DNA of 64,000 nt from a virus. Its lineage: Duplodnaviria > Caudoviricetes. A program made the translations under genes and the position numbers. The notes beneath the pieces are model-generated. The model saw only the letters and a list, made by a program, of their open reading frames with translations. It was not told the DNA's origin and did no database searches. The stretch covers positions 380-64,379 of the IMG/VR virus record IMGVR_UViG_3300026184_000242; one strand, written 5' to 3'. Shown one piece after another: positions 28,473-36,782 of this stretch (positions are counted from its first letter, which is position 1; every line of letters starts with the position of its first letter).

Positions 28473-28759
28473 CCGCCGCCGAGCTACCCGGCGAGCTGTC
28501 CCTGCCCGGGATGGCTCGCCGCATCGGCTGCCCATCCTGGGAGGTGGCCCGGCTGCGGCTGGGCTACCACCTGGAGGTGCCGGACTGGCAGGAGCCGATC
28601 CTTGTGGAGGAGATCCAGGGGATGGTTTTCTGTCGCCTGGAGGCCCCACCCTGCTTCCTGCCCCGGCTGAATTTCCCGGCCACCCGGGCCATCCGCCCGG
28701 AGCAGATGGCCTATCCGCCCATACGTGCCCTTTTCGATCACGTACCCATCGGGGCCTAG
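28469..28759 (+). CDS. Hypothetical protein
   Basis: TTGA overlap with the upstream stop. Confidence 0.45.
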   Translation: MTAAELPGELSLPGMARRIGCPSWEVARLRLGYHLEVPDWQEPILVEEIQGMVFCRLEAPPCFLPRLNFPATRAIRPEQMAYPPIRALFDHVPIGA

Positions 28760-28774
28760 CCCCAAGGAGTAGAA

Positions 28775-28987
28775 ATGGCAACGCTGCGCCGGTCCCACCC
28801 GGACTCCTACCACGTGCTTAACGATGCCGGGGAGGTTACCGGCAAATGCGAATGGGGCCGCCAGGGGCAATGGCTCGGATGGCGGCTCACTATCACCCAC
28901 CGCAACCGGACCCACCAATATACCCGCCAGAACCTGGAGCAGATCAAGGCCATCCTCCAGGACCTGGAACGGGAAGGGTTCCTGTAG
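28775..28987 (+). CDS. Hypothetical protein
   Basis: AAGGAG RBS. Confidence 0.5.
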   Translation: MATLRRSHPDSYHVLNDAGEVTGKCEWGRQGQWLGWRLTITHRNRTHQYTRQNLEQIKAILQDLEREGFL

Positions 28988-28996
28988 GAGCCAGCC

Positions 28997-29245
28997 ATGG
29001 CGGAATACTGGACGTGCCCCGGCCAGGAGTACGTGGTCCACACCGTCACCAATGTCCAGGGCGGAATCCTGTTCAACCCCCATTTCCTGGGCTACCTGAC
29101 CATGGCCTTGTCCCTGGCCATCACCGTGCTCGCCGCCTGGGCCTACCGGGTCGGACGGCGGCGCGGCTGGCAGGAAGCCCACGGCCTGTTGCCCCCCGAG
29201 CAGCCCACCCTCAAAAAGGACCCGCATTCGGACGAATCCGATTAG
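28997..29245 (+). CDS. Small membrane protein
   Basis: AGGAG RBS, one TM segment; converges on terS. Confidence 0.5.
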   Translation: MAEYWTCPGQEYVVHTVTNVQGGILFNPHFLGYLTMALSLAITVLAAWAYRVGRRRGWQEAHGLLPPEQPTLKKDPHSDESD

Positions 29246-29820
29246 TCCTGCCCTTCCTCCTCCTGCCCGTCCTGGCCCTCCAGGGCGGGCGGGCTCACCA
29301 GCTCGCCATCTTCCGTCACGTCCGAAAAGGACCCGTCGAGCGTGGAACGCTCCCGCGGGGGGGCCATGGTCTCCCCCGAAATCTCACTCAGGAGACTCCG
29401 GAGGGAGTCGTCCGCCCCCACGCTGACATTCACTTGCCGGTCGAACCCCCCCGTATAGCGCCCGATGGCCTCCAGGGCCTTGGCCGCTCCGGAGCTGTCG
29501 AACCGGTACTCCCCGAGGAAATTGCCCTTCTTGTCCCGGACGGGGACCTCCTGAACGCACCGTTCGTACAGGGCCATCCATTTGCGCAGGACCCAGTCCG
29601 AGTCGATCCCCACGCTCTGGGTGATCTCCTCCAGGAGCCGATCAACCTCCTTGCGGACGGCCGGCTTGCGCAGCAGCTCGTACGATACGTTGCGGGCCAT
29701 TTTCTTGGAGTATCCCGCCTCCAGCGCCGCCTTTTTTGCGTCGAAGTCTCGCACGTAGTAGCGGGCGAACGCTTTCTGCTTCGGGGTCAGCCCGTTTCTT
29801 GGATTGATCTTGTTGGGCAT
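29242..29820 (-). CDS. terS: Terminase small subunit
   Basis: LTPKQKAFARYYVRDFDAKKAALEAGYSKKMA...LLRKP...KALEAIGRYTGGF (Terminase_2-like). Confidence 0.88.
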   Translation of the reverse strand: MPNKINPRNGLTPKQKAFARYYVRDFDAKKAALEAGYSKKMARNVSYELLRKPAVRKEVDRLLEEITQSVGIDSDWVLRKWMALYERCVQEVPVRDKKGNFLGEYRFDSSGAAKALEAIGRYTGGFDRQVNVSVGADDSLRSLLSEISGETMAPPRERSTLDGSFSDVTEDGELVSPPALEGQDGQEEEGQD

Positions 29821-29914
29821 TCCCTCCTCCGAATAAAAATCGGGGCGGGCCCACAGGCGCTGGGCCGATAGGTTTCAAGGTTACTTTCCACAGTTTCCGC
29901 CCGCCCCGAACCGC

Positions 29915-29947
29915 AAAAAAAGGACCCGCCTCCGAAAAGGCGGGCCC
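29915..29947 (-). terminator. Intrinsic terminator upstream of terS
   Basis: CCCGCCT-6nt-AGGCGGG stem followed by T7 on the minus strand. Confidence 0.6.
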
Positions 29948-29968
29948 GGTCGGCCGTATCACTCCGAC

Positions 29969-30409
29969 CTACTCCCAGTAGCCATCGACCTCCAGACGGG
30001 TGCCCTCGCTCACGGGCTCCCCCGTTTCCGGGTGTCGGGCGTGTACCTCAAGAACCCCTTGGTAGGGCTCCCAGACGTCCAGTTCAACCTCGCCCTGGTC
30101 GCTCGCCGTGCGGCCCACCAGGGTGGGATGGCCCCAGGTATTGGACGGGTCGGAGGCGAGGGTCAGGGCCCCGCGCAAGACCCGGGCGGTGAACCCGAAG
30201 GGGCACCGCGTGTTTAGGTAGACCGAGGGGATACGGACGTATCCGCTGGACAGTTGGCCCTGCTCGGTCCCGTTGATTCCCATAAGGCTAGTCGGACCCA
30301 TAAGGGGTAACCTCCTCCGCGTCGGCCGGGTCCACATGGAAAACCACCTGCCTCCCCAGGTACTGGGTTTCCACGCGGTAGACCTGAATGCCGGGATCCC
30401 ATTTGGCAT
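29969..30409 (-). CDS. Hypothetical protein (start probably nearer 30299)
   Basis: Protein-like C-terminal part; overlaps the upstream gene. Confidence 0.4.
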   Translation of the reverse strand: MPNGIPAFRSTAWKPSTWGGRWFSMWTRPTRRRLPLMGPTSLMGINGTEQGQLSSGYVRIPSVYLNTRCPFGFTARVLRGALTLASDPSNTWGHPTLVGRTASDQGEVELDVWEPYQGVLEVHARHPETGEPVSEGTRLEVDGYWE

Positions 30410-30512
30410 TCAGGACCCGCCCCCGCCATTCCGCCAGGCGGGGAGCTGTCCCGAACCGTCTCCGGGTTGCATCCAGGCTATGGATTTTTATGAGCCGTTC
30501 CATTGAACCCAT
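30288..30512 (-). CDS. Hypothetical protein
   Basis: 74 aa, in the minus-strand operon. Confidence 0.45.
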   Translation of the reverse strand: MGSMERLIKIHSLDATRRRFGTAPRLAEWRGRVLNAKWDPGIQVYRVETQYLGRQVVFHVDPADAEEVTPYGSD

Positions 30513-30856
30513 GGCAGGCTCTTTAACTCCCCCGAGACGAGGATTCCGGCCCCGTTCTCAACAAACACGTTGTTCCCGTCCAGGTCCACCACGAAGCCCC
30601 ACACCCGGGGGCCGGGGGTGGTCTTGCTGAACAGGCCGAACAGCCCCTTGCGCTTCTTCCGGCCCGCCTTGCGCTCGGCAATGGCCTTGCCCTTGGCTCG
30701 GAACACCTTGCCCCGCTGCTCGCAGGGGGTTGTCCCACCGTTATCCATAGCCCAGTAGGCTATATCCGTCAGCATCACCAGATGGACGGGCTCCTGGTTC
30801 TCGACCGGGTCCTCCGTCTCCTCCGGGACGCGGGCAGGGATTTTCTCCTTGAACAT
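30488..30856 (-). CDS. Hypothetical protein
   Basis: GGAGGACGCCATG start. Confidence 0.55.
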   Translation of the reverse strand: MFKEKIPARVPEETEDPVENQEPVHLVMLTDIAYWAMDNGGTTPCEQRGKVFRAKGKAIAERKAGRKKRKGLFGLFSKTTPGPRVWGFVVDLDGNNVFVENGAGILVSGELKSLPWVQWNGS

Positions 30857-30958
30857 GGCGTCCTCCGGGCGGCCTGGAGGGGCTCCTAACCCATCCGCCG
30901 CACTGGCTTGGGTTGGGGCTCGAAACAGTACCGAGCCCGTTTTTTGGCGTCCTTCACT

Positions 30959-31636
30959 TCATCCACACGCGCTCCCTCCACACTCCAGGCAGGTCGCACA
31001 CCCTCCCTGGATGGCGTGTTCGGTTCGCCTTCCGCAGTCGCGGCATAGGCGGTATTCGGCCGAGTCCTGGTCATTCTCTTCCGGCTCCCCTTCTTGTTCC
31101 GCCACCTTTTCGGCCTTGCCCTTGGGGGGGGCCTTTTCCACCAGCCCCTCCTCGTATAGATGGCGCTGGAGGACCTCCCCGATATGGGCCACCACGGAGG
31201 GTTGCCATTTCCCGCCGGGGAGCCAATACCCCCCATTCGGGTGGAACACCGACCGCAGCTCCTCCACCAGGAACTCCAGGTCTCCCCCCTTGCGAAATAT
31301 GCCGGAAATAACCCGGGTCAGGGCCACGATCCACTGGAAGGACTCCATGTCCTTCGAGTTCAGGAAAATCTCGAAGGGCCTGCGGTATTCGTGCTCCGTC
31401 CCCGGGTTCACCACCACGTCGTTGATCGTGATGTAGAGGGCATGCGGCTCCGTGGGCGGGTGGATCTTGTAGGTCCTCCCCTCCAGCGCATCCGGCCGGA
31501 CTTCCGGCGGAATATGGGTCACGGTCGGCCCCTCTGCTGTTTCCGGCTCCGGCTCATTGACCACCGAGCATCTAACAATCGGTTGGTCAATTCTAATCCG
31601 GCCCCGGTTCTCTGGGGCAGGATCGGGGTCAGTCAC
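30959..31636 (-). CDS. TSCPD-domain protein (NrdJb-like, class II RNR C-terminal part) with Zn ribbon
   Basis: RPDALEGRTYKI...HALYITIND...RPFEIFLNSK...ALTRVISGIFRKGG...CRDC...GCATCLECGGSACG. Confidence 0.8.
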   Translation of the reverse strand: MTDPDPAPENRGRIRIDQPIVRCSVVNEPEPETAEGPTVTHIPPEVRPDALEGRTYKIHPPTEPHALYITINDVVVNPGTEHEYRRPFEIFLNSKDMESFQWIVALTRVISGIFRKGGDLEFLVEELRSVFHPNGGYWLPGGKWQPSVVAHIGEVLQRHLYEEGLVEKAPPKGKAEKVAEQEGEPEENDQDSAEYRLCRDCGRRTEHAIQGGCATCLECGGSACG

Positions 31637-32276
31637 CGGCTTCCCCCTCCCTTTCCTGAGCGCGAAGGTCGGCAACGGTCTGGGTGGCGTAATTGTAGCT
31701 CCGGGCCACCCCTTCGGCGTCTCCGGAGAAGCTCCGGGTGTACCGCTGGGCGATCCCTAATCGGGTTCCCTGGGCGAAGGCGTCGATGCCCACGCCAAGG
31801 AACAGGAAATCCCAGTTGTACTTTTCCTGTTGATGCTCCACCCGCTGACGAACGTCCCCCAGCTCGTACCGCTTGCTGGAGTTCTCCTCGCCATCGGTCA
31901 GGACCACGAAGATCACCTTACCGGGCCGCTGGCTCTCCGGAAGCTCCGCGAGACGCTCCCCGACCTTGTCGATGGTTTCCACCAGGGCGTCGTGCAACGC
32001 CGTGGCTCCCCCGATCTGGTAGGGCTTGTAGATCAGCCCATCCTCCGGAGGGGTTTCGGCATGGTGGTAGATCCCACCGAAAAGGTCCCCGTCCACGCGA
32101 ACACAGGGAGTCTCCACCACGGTGTCGAACAGGGCCAGGGTGAATCGAAACCGGCCCTCCACCTCCCGCTGCTTGTCGAGGAACTCGTTTAGGCCCCCCA
32201 CCATGTCCTGGATCTTGCTGGCCATAGACCCGGAACGGTCCAGGACACACACAATCTCGGTCAGGTCCTTGTCCAT
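31629..32276 (-). CDS. von Willebrand factor A domain protein
   Basis: MIDAS motif VLDRSGSM, TALHDA, LTDGEENSS, WDFLFLG. Confidence 0.88.
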   Translation of the reverse strand: MDKDLTEIVCVLDRSGSMASKIQDMVGGLNEFLDKQREVEGRFRFTLALFDTVVETPCVRVDGDLFGGIYHHAETPPEDGLIYKPYQIGGATALHDALVETIDKVGERLAELPESQRPGKVIFVVLTDGEENSSKRYELGDVRQRVEHQQEKYNWDFLFLGVGIDAFAQGTRLGIAQRYTRSFSGDAEGVARSYNYATQTVADLRAQEREGEAGD

Positions 32277-32301
32277 GAAAACCTCCTTGCCTTGGAGGCC
32301 C

Positions 32302-32340
32302 AAGTTACCCAGGGGGGCTGCTTATGTCAATCCCATTATC
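32302..32340 (-). promoter_or_regulatory. sigma70-like promoter with GATAA-N5 upstream box
   Basis: GATAATGGGA-TTGACA-17bp-TAACTT upstream of the vWA gene. Confidence 0.6.
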
Positions 32341-32384
32341 ATCCAAGGGAGCCCTGAAGGGCCTCCCGGGCTGGGGGTTTCCTC

Positions 32385-33137
32385 TTACCGCTCCGCCACG
32401 GTCAGCACCCAATCCACGTCCAGGATGCGGGAGCCCGTATTGTCGTCAGAGGCCGCCACAATGGGCGTCAGGGCGGTTCCGGGGGTAACGGCCGAGGCGA
32501 GCTGGGCCACCTGGGAGCCGTCCAGGATAAACTCGGCCAGGCCGGAGCTGCGGACACGCACCTCCAGCTCCACCCAGGTCCCGTTGGCCGGGGTCTGGTC
32601 GAGCTGGGTGGGCCCGGCGTCGGTGTCACCGGCCACACCGGCCACGAACCAGTAGTCCGATCCCGTGGAGTCGTACAGGAAGCCGGCCGCGTCGGTGGCG
32701 GTGGACGTCAGGGCGTTGGAGCCGTCCAGGCTGAACGGCTGCTCGGCCGAGGAGGACGCCAAGGTGTCGGTGAACCCCACGAAAATCCAGGAGTTCGCCT
32801 TATTGTCGATCTGGACCCGGGCGCGGGCCAGCATTTCCCCCTTGTCGGCCTGGAAGTTGAGCCCGAGGGTCAGGCTGGAGATATTGCCCCCGAAGCCCGA
32901 GGTCCCCCCACCCGTGGCCAGGCGGACCACACCGCCGGACTGGGCGTTGAGTGCCGGGGAGCTGCCGTCCGCCCCCGATCCCCCGGACCAAGTGGCGTCC
33001 AGGGTATCCCCCAGGAAGTCGTCATAGGCCACCACCTTGGAGGGCTCCCCTAGGCCGGGGACAACATCGGCCAGGAGCCGGGCGTTCTTGCGCAGGGACG
33101 AAGGTCCCGTTCCTCGTACGTGGTAATCGCGGATCAT
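32385..33137 (-). CDS. Probable virion protein (lectin/ConA-like beta fold)
   Basis: 250 aa, G/S/T/D-rich; YDDFLGDTL...ILDVDWV. Confidence 0.55.
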   Translation of the reverse strand: MIRDYHVRGTGPSSLRKNARLLADVVPGLGEPSKVVAYDDFLGDTLDATWSGGSGADGSSPALNAQSGGVVRLATGGGTSGFGGNISSLTLGLNFQADKGEMLARARVQIDNKANSWIFVGFTDTLASSSAEQPFSLDGSNALTSTATDAAGFLYDSTGSDYWFVAGVAGDTDAGPTQLDQTPANGTWVELEVRVRSSGLAEFILDGSQVAQLASAVTPGTALTPIVAASDDNTGSRILDVDWVLTVAER

Positions 33138-33197
33138 CTGCTTCTCCTACGTCGTCGGTTACCGACGCCAGAACGGGTCTGGCGCAGGAGGGGTGGA

Positions 33198-33440
33198 TTA
33201 GCTGGACCGATTCGGGTCCGGTCCGTGGACCTTTTGCGGGGTGCCGCTGGGGCTGGGGTGGCTCGCACCGCCGCCCTTGACCTTCTTGCCATGCTCACCC
33301 GAGTGGCTCGGCATGGATCCTCGGTCGTCGGCATCCGGGCGAGACTCCCGGCGTTCTTCGCGCCGGCCGCCGGGCTCCCCGCTCCGGTCGTCCGCATCGC
33401 TGCGGCTTTCCCGGCGTTCCTCGCGTCGTTCCTTGGCCAT
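33198..33440 (-). CDS. Small disordered charged protein
   Basis: ATG at 33440 with GGAG RBS; duplicated RREERRESRxDADDR. Confidence 0.5.
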   Translation of the reverse strand: MAKERREERRESRSDADDRSGEPGGRREERRESRPDADDRGSMPSHSGEHGKKVKGGGASHPSPSGTPQKVHGPDPNRSS

Positions 33441-33459
33441 GTCGTTCTCCCGTAGGCAT

Positions 33460-33588
33460 AAAAAAGGCCGGACCCGTGGGGGTCCGGCCCGGCTTGAAGG
33501 ACGCCAATCTTCCAAGCCCGGATGGGGAGAGGACGCACAGTCCCCATCCTGGAGATTTCATGGTGCAGGGAGGGCGAGGGTCGGTCAA
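33460..33588 (-). promoter_or_regulatory. Putative late promoter plus leader terminator (pR'/tR'-like)
   Basis: TTGACC-17bp-CACCAT (33588-33560), then a GGCCGGACC/GGTCCGGCC hairpin with T6 (33489-33460). Confidence 0.5.
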
Positions 33589-33690
33589 TAGGAGATGAAC
33601 CTTTTTATCCGTTGCGGCTCACCCGAATCGCCAAATCACCATGTCGTGTTATTCTCATTAGCACCATTTCCGCAAAAGGAGGGGAAAGGC

Positions 33691-33972
33691 ATGGATCAGT
33701 CGGCCTCCCGCAACCCCGAGGAGTTCCGCATCAACGGCGGGCTCCTCATTCGGATCCTGCTGGTGATCGCCCGGGGCGAAACCGGCCGCAAGGATCTCCA
33801 GCTCGCCACTGGCCTGAGCCAGGGTACCATCACCCGGATGCTCCATGTGGCCCGAGCCCAGTTCGGGGTGGACATTCAGTTCGACCGGTCCCACGGCTAT
33901 CAGGTCCAGGACTGGGGCGTATTCAACCCCGAGGTTTTCCAGGAGGTGCTCCAGGATAATCAGGAGGGGTGA
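33691..33972 (+). CDS. Winged-HTH DNA-binding protein (HTH_43-like)
   Basis: LQLATGLSQGTITRML...GYQVQDWG; AGGAGG RBS. Confidence 0.65.
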   Translation: MDQSASRNPEEFRINGGLLIRILLVIARGETGRKDLQLATGLSQGTITRMLHVARAQFGVDIQFDRSHGYQVQDWGVFNPEVFQEVLQDNQEG

Positions 33973-34559
33973 TCTCCCCCCACCAGCCCCGTCTCGCGTA
34001 GCGGACCCGCTGCGGCACCTTTGGCCTCGCCGCGCCATTGCTCAAGGACCTCCTCGGCTCCCTCGATCTCCGCCGATCCGAACCGGTGGCGGCGCAGGGT
34101 CTTGGCATCCCGCATGAGTTGGCGGGCCCAATCGGCGTGGGTTTTGTGCATCGGCAGCCCGGCCCACCCACGTACCAGGTCCCAGATCCAATCCCGCTCC
34201 AGGGCCACGTCGTCCAGGTACTCCAGGAGCTGGTCGGCCACCCGGGCGCAGGCCACCTCCTTGTCAGGGATGCCATGCTCCGTCAGGGGCAGGTAGTAGG
34301 CCCGCACCACAGTCCAGTGCCAGGGCCGTAGGTGCCTGCGCAGTAGGCGGACCACCATGCAGGCCTGGATATGGTGATCCCATTCGGTGAGCCCGGAGCT
34401 GTTGCGTCCGGGCACCGTGGAGCCCGTCAGCCGCGCCAGGGCCTGACTGGTCCGCCACACCGGGTGGTTCTCGTACCGGTGGACGTACCGAAGCGCCCCT
34501 TCCACGGAGGGCCATAGGGGTTCATTCGCTTCGGAATGGGTAATCTTCGAGGGGGGCAC
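33960..34559 (-). CDS. Putative late-gene regulator (Q-like antiterminator)
   Basis: GTG start with AGGGGA RBS; C-terminal HTH-like segment; lies between the resolvase and the late operon. Confidence 0.5.
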   Translation of the reverse strand: MPPSKITHSEANEPLWPSVEGALRYVHRYENHPVWRTSQALARLTGSTVPGRNSSGLTEWDHHIQACMVVRLLRRHLRPWHWTVVRAYYLPLTEHGIPDKEVACARVADQLLEYLDDVALERDWIWDLVRGWAGLPMHKTHADWARQLMRDAKTLRRHRFGSAEIEGAEEVLEQWRGEAKGAAAGPLRETGLVGGDHPS

Positions 34560-34875
34560 GTTTCCCCTGGTTCCCAGCCTCGCCCTTCCGCTCGGCAAGG
34601 CGCTGGATTTTGGGAATGTTGGGAAGCCGCTGCTGGAATGCGAGGACTGGGACGGTGCCAAGCGACTCGCACAGGTCATAGAGCTGGTTCCACTCCGTAT
34701 AATCCAAGCGCCCGTTGCGCTTGGCCTGGACAAAAAGGGGCGGGTGCCCCTTCCGGAAAGCGATCAGATCCGCCTCGCCCCGACTGGCAGCGGCCCGTAC
34801 CACCCACCAGCCATTCTCCTCCAACAGGTTGCGGATCTTGCGCTCGAAACGAGCGCCCGCATGAGACTTGTTCAC
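34522..34875 (-). CDS. Holliday junction resolvase (Hjc-type PD-(D/E)XK)
   Basis: GARFER...GWWVVRAAASRGEADLIA...FVQAK. Confidence 0.82.
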   Translation of the reverse strand: MNKSHAGARFERKIRNLLEENGWWVVRAAASRGEADLIAFRKGHPPLFVQAKRNGRLDYTEWNQLYDLCESLGTVPVLAFQQRLPNIPKIQRLAERKGEAGNQGKRAPLEDYPFRSE

Positions 34876-35567
34876 GACTCCTCCTCCCATTCCCGATAGG
34901 CCCGGGGCAGGTAGACGCTCAGGCCGTTAGCCTGAGCCCATGCCCGAAATTCCCCCGGCTCGATCTGCGATAGATGGTCCACCCCGAATCCCTCCTTGAT
35001 TGACTTTTTGGCCCAGGCGGCGGGGTAGTCCACGCTCGCCTTCTCCCACCAATCCTGGTCCCCCAGGGCGGAGTACCCCTGATCGTGCTGTAGGCGATGG
35101 TGGCGGTCGCATAGGGGGATGGCGGAATAAGGGGGTTTGTGGCCAGTACCGGACCCCCGGGATACCCGGCGGTAGTGCGCGGCCACCACGTCGCCCTGGC
35201 ATCCTCCGTGGTCGGCCAGGGCGCAGCCCTGGTGGGTGAGCCAGTCCAGGAAATTGGAGTCCGGGCCGGCCGCCTCCCACACCCGGGGGGCCGCGAAAAA
35301 CCCGTTGCGGTGCAGCTCCTTGGCGTACTGGCCGTATTCGCCCCGGTCCTCCCGGGTAACGCCTGCGGCCTGGTGGCTGCTGGCGGCTTCGTCCGACAGG
35401 CGGGCCAGGGCCAGGGCCGCGCCAACCCGGGCCACCCGGGTGACGGCTCGCTCATAGGTCTGGTCGTCGGGGGTGAACAGGTCCACCTCCACACGCAGGG
35501 TGCCGTCCGCCATGGACCGGTGCTTCACAACGTGGCCCATGATGGCCAGCGGTTCGTCCTCACTCAC
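34872..35567 (-). CDS. DUF968-like Zn-binding putative nuclease
   Basis: GC...C...AAH...GTGHKP...AIPLCDRHHRLQH. Confidence 0.65.
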   Translation of the reverse strand: MSEDEPLAIMGHVVKHRSMADGTLRVEVDLFTPDDQTYERAVTRVARVGAALALARLSDEAASSHQAAGVTREDRGEYGQYAKELHRNGFFAAPRVWEAAGPDSNFLDWLTHQGCALADHGGCQGDVVAAHYRRVSRGSGTGHKPPYSAIPLCDRHHRLQHDQGYSALGDQDWWEKASVDYPAAWAKKSIKEGFGVDHLSQIEPGEFRAWAQANGLSVYLPRAYREWEEES

Positions 35568-35702
35568 GGGTGTCCCCCAGGCTGTATCCGGTGGTTTCGT
35601 CGTGGCCGTCCAGGAGGGTGCCGTGGAGCCCCAGGCTGGCGAAGTGCTCCAGGATCCCGGACACCTCCGGCATGTAGTGCTCCAGGTCAGCGCGGGTGCG
35701 GA

Positions 35703-36782
35703 TCAATCGCCTGTCAGCCCTTTTTTTTTCCGCAGGAGGTCGTTCCAGTCCATTCCGACCTCCGGCGGGATATGGACATTCTCGGCCTCCACGGAGTACC
35801 CCTTGGCCCGGAGCCGGAAGGCGAGGGTATAGGCCGCCTTCTGGCCGGCGCAGGACGGATCGTTGTCCCCGAAGATGGAAACCGCCTTGATCCCGGCCGG
35901 AGGCACCCAGGCCTCCATGTTGTTGGCGCTGTAGAGGGACCAGCACGGGATCCCGTACAACTCCCAGACCGACAGCGCCGTCTCGATCCCCTCCGCCACC
36001 GCGAGGTGATCCAGGCCCCGGACATCGAACAGCCGGATGGCCCCACCCTTGAGGGGGCGGTACGGGGGAAGGACCTTCTTGCGGGACTGGTTGGCGGGGA
36101 AGGATGCATCCCCGGGGAGGTAGGTGCGGTGGAGGCTGGCCCCCCGGCCATCGGCGTCATGGAAAGGCACCACCAGGGCCGGATACTTGGCCAGGAGGTT
36201 CATATCCTTGTCGTAGAGGGGGAGGTCGGGGTGCTCGCGGAGCACTTCGGGAAGCTCGGATTCGATCCCCCGGCCGCGCAGGTAGGCCTCCACGCTCGGC
36301 CGGGACTGGGAAAGCTCCCCCCAGATCCGTTCGATGCGCTTGCGGTTCTCCTCCTTGGACGGACCTTGGGGGGTGGGGTCGGTAGCGGGGGCCTGACCGG
36401 TCATTTCCAGGACCTCCCGCAGGGCTTCCCGGAAGGTGAGCCCCAGGAGCTGCTGGACCAGCCGGATCCCGTCCCCCGGGCCCTCGACGTTGCAGTACCA
36501 GTCCCCGTTGCCCCGCTTGTTATCGAATCGGAAGCGGTCCTTTCCGCCGCAGGACGGACAGGGATGGTGGTGGCCGTCCAGGTACTGGGACGGGACGCCG
36601 ACGGCGGCCAGGATCCAGGACCAGCGCCCCCGGGCCGCCTCCAGGACGTCCTCCCGGTCAAGCCTGGGCCCGCTCCTTCTCCCGCTGCTTGGCGAGCTTG
36701 ATGTTGCGGTATTTGATCCACCGTGCGACCTCGTCGTTGGGGCGGAGGGGCTGCCCCTTCCACCATGTCCGTTCTGGATCAT
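35703..36782 (-). CDS. Primase (P4-alpha-type Zn finger plus Toprim); start uncertain
   Basis: HHPCPSCGGKDRFRFD...GDG; AVAEGIETAL; IFGDND; DWND. Confidence 0.85.
   Translation of the reverse strand: MIQNGHGGRGSPSAPTTRSHGGSNTATSSSPSSGRRSGPRLDREDVLEAARGRWSWILAAVGVPSQYLDGHHHPCPSCGGKDRFRFDNKRGNGDWYCNVEGPGDGIRLVQQLLGLTFREALREVLEMTGQAPATDPTPQGPSKEENRKRIERIWGELSQSRPSVEAYLRGRGIESELPEVLREHPDLPLYDKDMNLLAKYPALVVPFHDADGRGASLHRTYLPGDASFPANQSRKKVLPPYRPLKGGAIRLFDVRGLDHLAVAEGIETALSVWELYGIPCWSLYSANNMEAWVPPAGIKAVSIFGDNDPSCAGQKAAYTLAFRLRAKGYSVEAENVHIPPEVGMDWNDLLRKKKGLTGD

Noticed and set aside
34500-34560. Possible frameshift between the resolvase and the Q-like gene
   Set aside because: An in-frame GTG at 34559 with an AGGGGA RBS explains the start.
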